From: the human T2T-CHM13v2.0 reference genome, Homo sapiens
Reading direction: 5' to 3' (one strand)
NCBI RefSeq assembly: GCF_009914755.1
Contig: NC_060929.1
Length of the DNA: 64,000 bases
Shown here one piece after another: positions 26,201 through 44,466 of this stretch. The notes beneath the pieces were generated by a model that did not search any database, was not told where the DNA came from, and saw nothing but the letters and a program-made list of their open reading frames with translations. The position numbers and the translations under genes are program-made. How positions within the stretch are numbered: position 1 is the stretch's first letter; each line of letters begins with the position of its first letter.

Positions 26201-28961
26201 AAATAAATACTGATTCCAAGTGTAAACTTAGCAACAATTGTGATTAAATATTAAAGATAGGATGGATCCTGAAGATCATCCAAGTCAATCCAGTGATTTT
26301 CTAAGTGGAAAACAATATCCAGAAAGGTTTAGAGATTGGCCTGAAAACAGAAGTAAACAGTACTCAGTCTACAAGGGACTGATCTAAGTCCATCCACGAA
26401 GTTTTGAAAGTTAAAGGCACTTAACTAGAAATAACAGACAAATTTATTTATTGTTCTAAGATGAGAAATTATATTTCAAAAATATCTAAATCATTTTAAT
26501 GTACTATTGCAATATCTCAGGAGATTAAAAAAAATCTTCATTTTGAAAAGATCTTTGCAGCTCGCAAATGACAATAAAAGCTTTACCTCAGACAAAGGGA
26601 ATAATGAAAACATAAGAGGGCCATGATAATATACAGTCCAGTTTCTGTGGAACACTAAGGCCTCTCTAGTGTGTTGGTGGGTACTTAACAGATATTAAAA
26701 CATACCTCAGATTTCCCTAAACTTCTCTTTTCTTGCTTTCTTTTCCTTTATCTGACAATAGCTATAAACATATGCTGAAATACATAGTTTCAATCTCTAT
26801 TATGTAAATAAGCATTTTTAAAAATTGCACATTCTTAAAAAGCAGAGGAAACAATCATCTGGCTTTTTTCTTTAAAAATCCTTAAGGTTCTTTTAATTTG
26901 CATATATGTTTGAATTTTTCTTTCTGTGTCAGAATATTTGTAGAAAAAGAAGTTCTTCAAAAGTAGAACAGCTATAATGCTAATTTCAGCTTGATTGTGA
27001 TTTCTGTCAACTCTGATCTTCATTTTTTTTTTCTATATAAGGACCCTGTGAAAATTTACCTAAGAGTAGAGGAGTCTAGGAGTCCCAAGCAAGCGCTTTA
27101 TAGAGATGATTTAGTATTGAACTCGAAGAGATATGGATGAACTTTTTCCTTTGTAATTGTAACTCGCTCTGAAGTTGCTTAATAATACGACACAGACTTT
27201 AACCCTTTGGATTTCATCTGAAGGGCTTTATGATTAGAGAAATGGGAATGGCCTCAATTAAGACTTCTTCAATTACACCATACTCCTTAGATTTCACTTT
27301 ATTCTCACAGTTTTATACCACTTTTCTTAAGAACTGAACATTCCAACCCCCGGGTGTTTTGTCATCATTTAAACGCTCTCTACTTCCAGGATATATCATG
27401 GGAAAATTGCACCACAGTGCATCTATTTTTTCATACTTTAAGCTGAAAGATGGTTCAATTAATTTTCCCTAGTTGATTACTGCCAGTTAAATATTTTCTT
27501 AGCCTAAATTATGTAAAATTCAGATTATCTTCAACCCTAAATATGGTTTATTGCAGGTTCGTATTTCCTATTGGCACTCATCGCTCATGTGATCATTGCT
27601 TTCCCTGCCAAAGTTATGCATTTGAATCATGGTCATAATGTATAGTTATTTACAGAGAAAATGAAGATAAAGTAGGAGAGTCTAATTGTCTGAAAAGAGA
27701 AGCCAATAATTAGGCTGTAGAAAAACTGGAATTGTTTATAGAGGAAGTTTTGCCTGAATAAGAACTCACAAGTTATTTTTCTAAGTTTTTACTTATTCTT
27801 CTTTTATTAAAAAATAGCAATAGCACACCTTTGAACACTAACTCTCTCTAGCTATACACTATTTTAATACTTTACTTCACACAGCTCTGGTGTTGTACAC
27901 AACTTAGGACTGTGTAGTTACCATTGAATTAGTTTACATAGTTTGTTATAAAACAAATGCCTCAGACCGAAGGCCTCTTCATAAATAAAAAGAACAGAAA
28001 TTTTTCCTTCAAAGTTCATTCTGCAGGGATTTATATAGCTTCTCCCTTTTCTTTTTCTTACAATTTCCTTCCTGGCTCACTTATATTATAACCCACACAG
28101 GCATATGTATCAAAGTGCACAACTATTTATAGCAGTTTGAATCAAATTTAACATAAAGGTTATATGGTGTTTTGATATCAGACAATATTTAAATTACATG
28201 GTTTCATTAATATTATAGAGATGAGGCATTTCAGTAACGAAGAAGTTAGATAACTTGTTGAAAGTCAGTTATAGCATCACACACTCCTCAATTGGCTTGG
28301 CTCAGTTTGAAAATGTAAGCACTTTCCATGCCTTATAATCTGGAGTCAGTCTCCTTTATTATTAGTTCTCCCAGCTTCCCCACCAGATATAAGTTATGCA
28401 TCATTAGATAGATATTTTTATTCCATAAATAAATAATATTAAGCTTCAGTGAGATGCTAGACACTTTGCCAGGTTCTGAGGATTCAAAGGTGAACAAAAG
28501 AGATCTGATACAACCAAGAATTGTAGACTGGTGTGGATAATCAAATAATCTCATGAAAGAATAATTCATAGTTGTGATAAGTGTTTTGGGGGAAAATACG
28601 GATGCTTTCTATGCAGGGGATATGATAACTGAAAGATGAAAAATAATAAACAGGAGTTAGAAGGTGAAGGAAAGTAATCTTAAGCAGATGGAACATAATA
28701 TTCTCTCTCCAGAGATAGGAGAGAGCATGGGTTCTCCAAGCAGTGGGACAAAGGCAGAGTTGTCAGAAGCAGAGAGAAGACAAGAAAGTGGAATGCATTA
28801 GACGCTGAGGACAGAGGCATAGACCAGCATATCCAAGTCTCTGATGGCAGTATTGGAGATTTTCAACTTTATCCCCAAAGTATCCTAAGAGTAATGGGAA
28901 GCTTCTGAAAAGATACAATAAGGAAAATAACAAATTGGAATTTCACCTAAAATGTATTATC

Positions 28962-29390
28962 TAGCAAAGACATGGAATCAACTTAAATGCCCATTAGTGA
29001 AGATTGGATAAAGAAACTGTGGTACATATACACCATGGAATACTATGCAGCCACATAAAAGAATGAGAACATATCTTTTGTAGGAACATGGATGGAGCTG
29101 GAGGCTATAATCCTTAGCAAACTAATGCAGGAACAGAAAATCAAATACCGTATGTTCTCACTTGTAAGTTGGAGTGAAATGACAAGAAATTATGAACACA
29201 AAGAAGGAAACAAAAAACAGAGTTCTACTTGATGGGGGAAGAGTGGGAGGAGGGAGAGGAGCAGAAAAGATAACTATTGGATACTAGGCTTAATAACTGC
29301 GTGATGAAATAATCTGTACAACAAAACCCTGTGACACAGTTCACCACCTTCACATAAACCCCCACACCTAAAATAAAAGTTAAAAAACTA
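28962..29390 (+). mobile_element. L1 (L1PB/L1MA-like) 3' end
   Basis: 'gtggtacatatacaccatggaatactatgcagcc'; ends 'cctaaaataaaagttaaaaa'. Confidence 0.9.
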
Positions 29391-31551
29391 ATTTAAAAAG
29401 ACTATACCATACATAAAAAGGAAAATGAATTGGAAAGAATCAAAATGAAAGCTGAGAAACTAGTTACACATCTATTACAAAAGTCAAAAGACACGGTGGG
29501 AGGGTGGACCAGGATGAGAGTAGTAGAGAGGCAAGACATTGATATAAGCCAGTGATATTTGGGTATTAAAAGTGAATAGAGTTCAGGACAGTTGAACATT
29601 TCTCATGACTTACTTCATTTCCAGAGAAAGTCTTTTTTTTTTTTACATTCAGAATGTCTCTTTATAGCCACTAAATCCAGATTTATATGGTCTTCCCAGA
29701 TGCATGAACTCTGTCTTTTTGTATACTTATCTTTTTGAGTTACCTTCTCAACCAGGTTTTTATCCCTGTTTTTACTTTTAAATAATCACATTATTTCCAA
29801 AACCTTCCAGCTTATATATTTGTGGTGAAACAGGCACTGTTAAACACTGAGCTTAGAAGGAGAAACAGATACAACCACTTAAGATGATAATTGGTATTGT
29901 GTTCTCATGAGTCTGAAACATGCTTATCTCTTTCGCCTAATAATTTTTCATCTGGGAAACCTTTCTAAAGAAAATCCTAAGGTACACAAGGCTTTTATGG
30001 ACAAAAATGTTTACCAAAGCATTTTTCCTTAATAGCAAAATTTAAAAATTACCTAAATGTTCAACAATAGTGTAAAGGTTAAGTAAATTATGATATAGTT
30101 ATCATCATTATACTTTTCTATAATTTTTTTTACAATAAATATGCCTTTTTAAAATAATTAGAAAGGTAATTGTTACTCAATTTCTCAGCAACTCTGTTCA
30201 TATTTTTTTTTTCAGATTTAAAACCTGTGTTAATGGTTTTTCTTTAGTCTGAGTTATCTCGTGGATTGGATGGAGCGTAAAGGGAGGTGAAGGCTTCAGT
30301 AAGGTAACCTTGGTGAGAATATTTCATAAACTATACAACAGTAAGCACCAATAATTGAGTATCTTGGTTTGTTGGCCCTGGCCTTGTCTACTGCAAAGTC
30401 TGACATTGGCAGTGAACATATGTTAGGCATTCATGCAGTGGTATGCTCTCTTAACAGGTTTTATGGAAAGGCCAAGTAAAGGATACTTTGGTCATAACTG
30501 ACTCCCAATTTTGAAAGGATCCCCCTTTTAACCTTACCCCTACCAGAGCCAGATATTAGTTAGAAACAATACATTCAAGGAGGAAGAGAGTTGAAGTACA
30601 TGGGCTAGCTGGAGTCAGCAAGGGTGAGTGAGAGGAACAGTAAGAGGGGCAGGGGCACAATATTTTGCATAGGGCATAATGCATCTCTCCTGTGTGCTAT
30701 CCTTCCCACCGAGGATTTTTATAGAACTCTATGGGGAAGATGAGGCATATAAAGTGTGTTAAATAAGTAAATGGAACATCTACTGTTTCTGTAAGACAAG
30801 ACAGGCACAGGCGCACTGCTTTAATGCCCCCAAACTGACTATTAGAGTACAGAAGGAGGGATGACAAAGCTATTAATAGTAAAGTAATAAGTAACGTCAT
30901 CAGAGAATCTGGTATGGTACAAGATGAATTCAGCAGAACTAGGAAAGGTGGGCCTAAAGTGAGAGAAACTGGCAATCAGATGTTCCAGGCAGGTGTGATA
31001 CACAGCTTTACTTCTGGGACCCAGAAGAAAAATGATTTTTCTCCTTTCATTGTGGCTTTATGGTATCCTTGGAAGGAGAAACCTGGGGAAATGAGTTAAC
31101 AAAGCCATTCCATCACCCTAACTCACTCTTAGTTCATAATACTTTGTCCACCTACTAGAGACCCTCAGGTCAATAACAAAGGAGTTCAAAAGGGAAAAAG
31201 GTTGGCTGTATTTGTTTGTTTTTCCTTTGTAGCACCTGCTCTAATTTGCAATTATATCATCATCTATTTCTTTAATGTCCGAATCCTTCTTGGACTGTAA
31301 GTTCTATGGGATCAGGTATCTTTTTGTTTATTACTCTGCAAATTGTAGCCAGCAGAGTGGATCTATATTAATTGACTAAATGGATAAGTTAGTAGTATGT
31401 GATAAGGCAAGGGAATATTGGCTGGGGAGACAGGGAGGGAAAAGGTGGAGTCTGACCCTCAAGGCCATTAAATGTAGGTCCTGGCAGTGCTCTGCTGCCA
31501 AGGCAAGTTAAAAGGTCCAAGCAGAAGAGAGCTAGGACCATCACTGCTCCT

Positions 31552-31681
31552 GAGAGGGTGTGCAGGGGAACTGCCCTTTATAAAACCATCAGATCTTGTG
31601 AGACTTATTCAGTATCACGGGAACAGCATGGGAAAAACCTGCCCCCATGATTTGATTACATCTCGCTGGGTCCCTCCCACA
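31552..31681 (-). mobile_element. Isolated internal fragment of a THE1 (MaLR) LTR
   Basis: 'tgcaggggaactgccttttataaaaccatcagatcttgtgagacttattc...ggtccctcccac'; both LTR termini are absent. Confidence 0.8.
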
Positions 31682-32169
31682 TCACCAGTGATGTGAGGAT
31701 AGGAGAGAACTGTCTCAGGAGCCAAGTCCATGTGCACATTAGTAGGCAATGGTTGCAGGAAGCTGGCCTGTTTAAAAGGCAAAGAACATTTGGATACAGG
31801 TTAAGAGGAGAGAGAAGCAACCAGAAACCTATTCTTGGTAGGGTCAGTTGGAATGTAGTTTTAAGTAAAGAAAAAGCCATGTTGAGCACATATACTCTAT
31901 ACTCTGAAGTATTTAGTAAAGGAATCTTTTAATTCCTACCATAGAGGGAATGCCTCTGTCTTAAATTATCAGATTAAAAAACAGTAGAAGTGAAGTTGTA
32001 TGAAAACTTATTTCAAATTTGTACCCCAAAGATTAAATGATATATAAATACAAAATTAATGAAAGCAGATTTTCATGTGTGTGGGGGTATGAATACTGTG
32101 GGTTATAAATGAATAGCATTGAAAAATAGTAATTCTTCATATGTATTTTCCCCCTCACTCACCACAACT

Positions 32170-35171
<3,002 letters not shown>

Positions 35172-36289
35172 TTACACCTTTACCCACAGGAACACAAAGG
35201 AAATGACTAATATCCTCTCTAATTCTAACTTTCTTACAACATAATTTTGTGGTATTGAAATGAATAATTAGAGTCTTTATTATTAGTGCACTGGGATGCA
35301 CTAAAATATCTGTACGCTGCTTCTAACAGCTAAGTAAAATGCAACAATCTAGCCAACTAACATTTTATAGCTGTGATATCCACCAGAGGTGGTATTTCAT
35401 GATTCAACCAGGATGCCAAGAAGTGAGTGAGGTTTAAATTTATAAAGGATTGCAAGAGATTACATTTAATATTGGTTAGACTATTTAGCAGTATAGACTA
35501 GAAGTTTATAATATTCAAATTGGGAGTACTTGTATATTAATAATTAGTGTATCCCCCAAATACTGCTTTCCTTTACTGTAAAGGCAAGACATTTTTAAAA
35601 TGGGGGTTTTATAACTTAGTTACATTCAAATATATATATTCACATTCAAACAGTGCCTTTGGAGAAAATGCATCCAATTAAACAATGCTGCTATTGTTCA
35701 AGGGAAGTTCACAAACTACACAAGAAAATATTTCTAGCTATTAGCAATTTTCTCCCATTTCTGAGGCTAGCAGATTTTTAAAATGTAATTTCCTTTTTTA
35801 TTTGCCTTGGCTTTAGTAACTACTTTTGGCCATTACTTGATATAGAATTCACCAATAAAGGATGATTTAACCTCACTTAAGATATCAAAATATGAACCAC
35901 AGCATGGAAGTCAATCCAAGAGAAGAGTTCTAGGATAGCACTGGGCATTGGCAGCACCAATGAATAGATGTGCAGCCCCTTACCACCACCTGGATGGCAG
36001 GTAGAAGAAAAGAAGGAATGGTGGGATGAGAATCTGAAAATATTATCTCCAATTATGCTGCTGATTTATGATAGGATGGATGCTCCCTGCCCTACCTTCT
36101 ATGGTACACCTCCTGCTCCTGCATTGTTTGATATCTGAGTGGTTTAAGCTGAATTAACTTACCTCTACCTCCAAGAGTGTGTTCTGAAAAACTGAAACCA
36201 GTCAGGTCATTCCAATTTCTCTTGTCAGAGTTATTGTTTGAGAGATTGAGAGTTTACCACTTCTAAGCCAACAAGTGCGTCGTTCTTTT

Positions 36290-36720
36290 GTAAGCAGACA
36301 GAGAAGGTCTCCAGGAACTATAGGGATTTAAGCAACTTGAACAATCAGCTTGTTTTACAGCCTCCTGCCTTGCAGCCTGTTTTTTCCCAAACCTTTCATG
36401 AAATACCATAAATAGAGTCACCTACTAGGTTGAAACCAACTCCTGGCAACTTACAGATGAACTTATAGATGAACCCCAGTGTCCTTGCCTCATTACCATG
36501 CTAAAGTCTCCATCCTGGGAGGAGCTATAGCTTCATTTCCATTACATGGGACCTATATATTGGCATGCTGACTCACCTCAACTGTGCAACTGGGAACCTT
36601 CATCTACATAAGACAACACATCCTCTTCCCTCTCCATTGCCCCTTAAAACCGTCCTGTCACATACCCTTAGAGAGGCACAGCTTTGGAGAATACTCTCAG
36701 TGCTCTCCTTACCTCCAAAT
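36290..36720 (+). mobile_element. ERV LTR (LTR47-like; tentative)
   Basis: TG start 'tgtaagcagacagagaaggtctccagg', LTR-type composition. Confidence 0.55.
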
Positions 36721-36849
36721 ATTTGCCAGATTTACTCAAAAATCTGGCAAATATTAAAGAGAAGGACTTTTGCTCTATACTTGGGGAAAATATCCTCTCT
36801 TTCTATTTCCCCCTATTCCTGATCTGGCTGAGGAATCACGTTGCCCAGA

Positions 36850-37877
<1,028 letters not shown>

Positions 37878-38231
37878 ATTATAACCATGAGAAAAGCCAG
37901 CCTGAAGATGAAGCCAGCATGTGGAGAAAGACAGAGCTGTGAGCATCCTCACAGAGTAATGGAGATGGAGCCTTGGCTGGAGTATTGCTGCATATTTAGA
38001 CTTCCTTTAGACTTTCAATTATATAAGCCAAGATATTTGCTTAAGAATGTAAGGCAGACTGAAATAGCTATATTGTTTCTCACAACTGGAAGTGTTCCGA
38101 GCTTTTCCTACACATTTAATCACAAATATCTTTTTCCTCATGAAATGCCTAAGAACATCTTGCAGGACTGCTGTTTTATGGAACACATTTTGGGAAACAC
38201 TTTTCTAAGTCAATTATCTATTTATTCAACA

Positions 38232-38510
38232 TTTTTTTTTTCTTTTTTGAGATGGAGTCTCACTCTGTCACCCAGGCTGGAGTGCAGTGGCATGATCTTG
38301 GCTCACTGTTACCTCTGTCTCCTGGGTTCAAGCAGTCTTCCTGCCTCAGCATTCCAAGTGGCTGGAATTACAAGCATGCACCATCATGCCTGGCTAATTG
38401 TTGTAATTTTGGTAGAGACAGGCTTTCAACATGTTGGCCAGGCTGGTCTCAAACTCCAGACGTCAAGTGATCCACCTGCCTCATCTTCTCAAAGTGCTGG
38501 GATTACAGCA
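38232..38510 (-). mobile_element. Older Alu (AluJ/Sx-like)
   Basis: Antisense Alu with heavy CpG decay. Confidence 0.92.
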
Positions 38511-40048
38511 CACATGGCCACAACAATTTTTTAATATTAAAAAGTATTTCCTTTGAGAATGTATCATTATTAACAAACTTACTTCCTTGGTCATTATATA
38601 ACTTACGTTTTCCACCATTATAAGAAACCTGCATTTAACAACCTTGATTTGCTTCTGTTTCCATGTACTTACTGATGACTATATCCTCAGGATAAATTCC
38701 TGTATGTAGATTTACTAGGTTGAGAATATACAGATTTCTGTAGCTTATGGAATATAAATTTTGACAGTAAAACAATTGGAGTCTAGTACTAATATTCATA
38801 ATTGGAATAATGCTTAAGCAACATGACTCAATGGTCTAATAATGTCATTCAGAATAAATGTTGACTATAGTAACATGATCATATACGTTTTACTAGAATA
38901 AGAGCATAAATAATGAACAATGATAAAATAATGTATCAAATGACCTCCTTAGCTCTCCTGCATTCAGGAAGGCTGGGTTTGCACTTTTACTGCTGATCCT
39001 TCATGTGGGTAGCACAGGCTAACTGGCTAATAATATAATTTATCCCTACCTGAGAAACTGTATTTTTACACAGTTTTCTCAGAAGGAGCTAAGGGTGTAA
39101 TGAACAGAAAAAGAAGAAAAAACACAGACTTATGCTTCCAGATTAAAAATAAAAATCAATACTTCTGCCCATGTCTTTGTGAAATAATGATTCAGTGATT
39201 TCAAGGTTTGCTGTAGCTTACAAGCAAATTTTAAATAAACTATGTTCATAGTGAGCCAATAAAACATGAGTCACATTTTGTAAACAGAATTCTGTACCTT
39301 ACTTTAGGTTTTGTGAATGGACTTTGAATTAACATATAGCTGTGCTATAAGTTAATTATAATTTTTGTTGCACTTAACCCATCAAGATGTATACTTGAAG
39401 TTTGCAGAAAATAGAACGAGACATCTCTTCCTGCCAGATGGGAAATTTTCACACAGAGGTGGTCCAGCAACTGAACTGAACGGATGTAAATATTCAATGG
39501 CCAAGAGTTTGGTGGCACTCTACAAAAACAACGACCTCCTGGTCATGGGAACATTCCTTTTTGGTCCTCTTGGTTAATCTCTGTGGATTTGATTTTCTTA
39601 AATATATATTATACAAATACTGCACTTTAATCTCTGAGGTCTTTTGTCTAATTTCCAATTTGTTCAGGAGTTCAGAGGAGAAAATGTAAATTATGTCAAT
39701 ACCTACTAGGAAATATTCATAGAGAAGATATAATCTGTGCTCAGTATTGAAGAATGTGTAATCAAAGGTCAGAGATAAATGTATAACCCCTCAGTCAGGA
39801 GTAGATGGATAGAACTAATACAAACAGGTAGAAATGCTAGTTAAGCTGGAAAACAGTGAAGAGACCAAGTTATAAAGGCTGAAGGTAGGATATGGATTAT
39901 TTTAATTTTTAATATTTTCTTGATTTTGTAAAGTTTCAAAATGACCATACATTATTTCCATATGAATAAATCAACAATGACAAAAGTAGTCATTCATTGA
40001 GTGTTTATAGTTTGAGAATTTTATTTCAAATCCCATCATCTTGCAAGG

Positions 40049-40218
40049 CAGTGGTGGTCTTTAAACCAGCAGCAGCATTAGCAGCACCTGAGAACTTGTT
40101 AGAAATAAAATTTTAGAAACTTACTGAATCAGACATTCCGAAGGTGGGGCCAAACAATCTGTGTTTTAACAAGGTCTCCAGGTGGTTTTGGTACAACTCA
40201 AGTTTAAGAAACATTGCT
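40049..40218. mobile_element. MER5A (hAT-Charlie) DNA transposon
   Basis: 'accagcagcagcattagcagcacctgagaacttgttagaaat', 'aatctgtgttttaacaag', terminal 'aagtttaagaaacattg'. Confidence 0.8.
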
Positions 40219-40234
40219 ATAAAGTAAGAATCCT

Positions 40235-43200
40235 TTTTATTTTTCCTTTTCAAATTTTATTTTAGATATTCAAAGGGTACATGTGCCGGTTTGTTACCTG
40301 GGCATATTGTGTGATGCTAAGGTTTGGGGTACAAATGATCCCAACACCTGGGTACTGAGAATAGTTTCCAATAGTTAAGTTTTTCAACACTTGCCTCCCT
40401 CCCTCACTGCCTTCTCCAGGAGTTCCTAGTGTCTACTGTTGCTGTTGTTATGTCCATGAATACCTGGTGTTTAACTCCCACTCATAAATGAGAACATGTG
40501 GTATTTGATTTTCTGTTCCTGAATTAATCTGCTTAGGACAGTGGCCTTCAACTGTATCCATGTTGCTGCAAAATACATGATTTTGTTCTTTTTTATTGTT
40601 GCATAGTATTCCACGGTATATATGTATTACATTTTCTTTATCCTATCTGCTATTGATGGGCACGTAGGTTGACTCCATGTCTTTGTTATTGTGAATAGCA
40701 CTGTGATAAACATACAAATGCAGGTGTCTTTTGGTAGAACAATTTATTTTCTTTTGGATATATATCCACTAAGGTGATTGCTGGGTCAACTGGTATTTCT
40801 GCTTTAAGTTCTTTGAGATATCTCCGAACTGCTTTCTACAGTGGGTGAACTAATTTCACATTTCTACCAACAGAGTATAAGTGTTCCTTTTTCTCACAGC
40901 CTTGCCAACATCTGTTTTTTTTTTTTTTTTAACTTTTTAATAGTAGCCATTCTGACTGCTGTGAAATGGTATCTTATTGTGGTTTTCATTTGCATTTCTC
41001 TGATGATCCATAATAATGAGCTTTTTTTCATACGTTTGTTAGCCACTTGATGCCTTCTTTTGAGAAATGTCTATTCTTGTCTTTTGTCCATTTGTTAATG
41101 GGGTTATTTGGTTTTTGCTTATTAAATTGTTTAAGTTCCTTATAGATTCTGGATCTTGACCTTTGTTGAATCCATAGTTTGTGAATATTTTCTCCCATTC
41201 TGTAGGTTGTCTTTTACTGCATTGATACTTTCTTTTGCTGTGCAGAAGCTTTTTAGTTTAATCAGGTTCTACTTGTCAATTTTTGTTTTTCTTGCAATTG
41301 CTTTTGAGGACTTAGTCATAAATTCTTTTCCAAGGCCCATGTCCAGAATGGTGTTTCCTGGGTTTTCTTCTAGGATTCTTATAGTTTGAGGTCTTACCAT
41401 TAAATATTTAACCTAACGTGAGTCAATTTTGTATATGGTGAGAGGTAGGGGTCCAATTTCATTCTTTTGCATATGACTAACCAGCTATCCCAGCACCATT
41501 TATTGAATAGAAAGTCCTTTCCCCATTGCTTATTTTTGTCAACTTTGTGGAAGATTAGATGGCTGTAGGTGTGTGGCTTTATGTCTATGTTCTTTATGCT
41601 ATTCTATTGGTCTATATGTCTGTTTTTGTACCAGTACCATGCTGTTTTGGTTACTTTAGACTTACAGTATAGTTTGAAGTTGGGTAATGTGATGCCTCTA
41701 GATTTGTTCTTTTTCCTTAGGACTGCTTTGGCTATTTGGGCTCATTTTTGGTTTGATATGAGTTTTAGCATAGGTTTTTCCAATTACGTAAAAAATGACA
41801 CTGGGGGTTTAATAAGGATAGCATTAAATCTTGGGACAGTATGGCCATTTAAACAATATTGGTTCTTTTAATCCATGGCATGGAATGTTTTTCCATTTGT
41901 TTGTGTCATCTATCATTTCTTTCAGCAGTGTTTTGGAGTTTAGCTCTCCTTGTGGAGTTCAGCTCTCCTTGTGGAGTTCTTTCACCTTCTTGTTTAGATA
42001 TATTCCTAGGTATTCTATTTTTTTTGTGTGTGGCTATTGTAAATTGGGTTTAATTCTTGATTTAGCTCTCAGCCTGAATATTATTGGTGTATAGAAATGC
42101 TACTAAATTTTATACAGTGATTTTGTATCCTGAAACTTTGCTGAAGTTATTTATCAGTTCCAGAAGTCTTTTGGTGGAGTTTTTAGGGTTTTCAAGATAT
42201 AGAATCAAATTGTCCATAAAGAGACAGTTGGACTCCTTTTTTTCCTATTTGGATTTTTTATTTATTTTTTTCTTTTATCTGATTGCTCTGTCTAGGACTT
42301 CCAGTACTATGTTGAATAGGAGTGGTGAGAGTGGACATCCTTGTCTTATTCCTGTTCTTTACTTTTTGCTGAAGTTGCTTATCAGCTTAAGGAGATGTTG
42401 GGCTGAGGCGATAGGGTTTTCTAAATATACAATCATGTCATCTGCAAAGAGAGACAATTTGACTTCCTCTTTTCCCAATTGAATACCTTTTATTTCTTTC
42501 TCTTGCCTAATTGCCCAGGCCAGAACTTCCAACAGTATGTTGAACAGGAGTGGTGAGAGAGGGCATCCTTGTCTTGTGCTGGTTTTCAAAGGAAATGCTT
42601 CCAGTTTTTGCCCATTCTGTATGATATTGGCTGTGGGTTTGTCATAAATAGCTCTTATTATTTTCAGATATGTTCCATCAATACCTAGTTTACTGAGAGT
42701 TTTTAGCATGAAGGACTGTTGAATTTTGTTGAAGGTCTTTTCTTCATCTATTGAGATAATCATGTGGTTTTTGTTGTTGGTTCTGTTTATGTGATGGATT
42801 ACATTTATTGATTTGCATATGTTGAAGCAGCCTTGCATCCCAGGGATGAAGCCGACTTGATCATGGTGGATAAGCTTTTTAATGTGCTACTGGATTCGGT
42901 TTGCCAGTATTTTATTGAGGATTTTCGCAATAAAATCCTTTTCAGACAAGCAAATGCTGAGAGATTTTGTCACCACCAGGCTTGCCTTACAAGAGCTCCT
43001 GAAGGAAGCACTAAACATGGAAAGGAACAACTGGTACCAGCCACTGCAAAAACGTGCCAAATCGTAAAGACCATTGACGCTATGAAGAAACTGCATCAAT
43101 TAACAGGCAAAATAACCAGATAACATCAAAATGACAGGATCAAATTTCCACACATAACAATATTAACCTTAAATGTAAATGGGCTAAATGCCCCAATTAA

Positions 43201-44466
43201 AAAACCCAGACTGGCAAATTGGATAAAAAGTCAAGACCCATCAGTGTGCTGTAGAGGTATGTTCCTTTGATGCCTAGTTTCTTGAGGGTTTTTATCACAG
43301 GGATGTTGGATTTTATTGAAAGCTTGTCCTGAATCTATTGAGATAATCATACGGTTTTTGATTTTGATTCTGTTTATGTGGTGAATCACATTTATTGATT
43401 TGCGTATGTGGAACCAACCTTGTATCCCAGTAATAAAGTCTACATGATCATGGTGAACTAACTTTTTGACATGCTATTTAATTTGGTTTGATAGTATTTT
43501 GTTGAGGAATTTTGTGTCTATTTTCATCAGGGATATTGGCCTGTAGTTTTATTGTTTTGCCTTTGTCAGGTTTTGGTATCAGGGTGTTGCTGGCTTTGTA
43601 GAATGAGTAAGGGAAGAGTCCCTCCTCAATTTTTTGAGATCGTTTCAGTAGAATTGATATCAGCTCTTATGTGTATGTTTAGCAGAATTTGGCCATAAAT
43701 CCCTCTGGTCTGGGTTTTTGTGTGTGTGTGTGGTTGGTAGGTTTTTTTTTTTTTTTTAATTAACTCAATTTCAGAGCTCAATATTGGTCTGTTAAGTGTT
43801 TCAATTTCTTCCTGATTCAAGCTTCGGAGATTGCACGTTTTTAATAATTTGTTCTTTTTTTGTTTTTAGACCTTCTTGTATGTATACATAGAGGTGTTTG
43901 TAACAGTCTCTGAGGAGCTTTTGTATTTCTGTGGGATTGGTTATGATGTCACTTTTGTCATTTCTGATTATGTTCATTTGGACTGTCTTTTTCTTTGTTA
44001 ATTTGGCTGGCAGCCTATCAATTGTGTTTATCCTTTCAATTAATCACCTTTTGGTTTTGTTGGTCCTTTGTATGGATTTTTGGATTTTGATTTTATTCTT
44101 CTCTTCTGCTAGCTTGGGGTTAGTTTGTTCTTCTTTTTCTAGTTCTTCTAGGTGTGATGTTAGGTCATTAGTTTGAGATTAATTAAATTTTTAATTTTTT
44201 TGCATAGTTAAAGATTAATGCATCTTTCCAACTTTTTGAGATAGGCATTTAGCACTACAAACTTTCCTCTTAACACTACTCTTGCTGTATTCTAGAGATT
44301 TTGATATGTTTTGTTTCTGTTTTCAAAGAATTTTTTAATCTCTACCTTGACTTCATTGTTTACTCGACAGGAGCAAGTTGTTTAATTTTCATGCTATTGT
44401 GTGGTTTTGAGAGATCTTGTTGATATCTATTTTTATTTCACTTTGGTCTGAGAGTATGGTTGGTAT
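40235..44466 (-). mobile_element. 5'-truncated L1PB/L1PA15-like element inserted in a MIR, with a nested younger L1 piece
   Basis: Antisense 3' UTR and ORF2; degenerate TSD 'taaagtaagaatccttt' / 'taaggtaagtgtcttt'. Confidence 0.9.
42365..43253. mobile_element. Nested rearranged L1PA5-7-like fragment (minus ORF2 RT 42365-42929; plus ORF1 end/ORF2 start 42929-43253)
   Basis: ORF track shows RT motif '[11 protein letters not shown]' on minus and ORF1 C-terminus 'RLALQELLKEALNMERNNWYQPLQK' on plus; ORF2 start 'atgacaggatca' at 43131. Confidence 0.88.

Noticed and set aside
41935-41972. 19-bp tandem duplication in the old L1
   Set aside because: Ordinary slippage-type microduplication.
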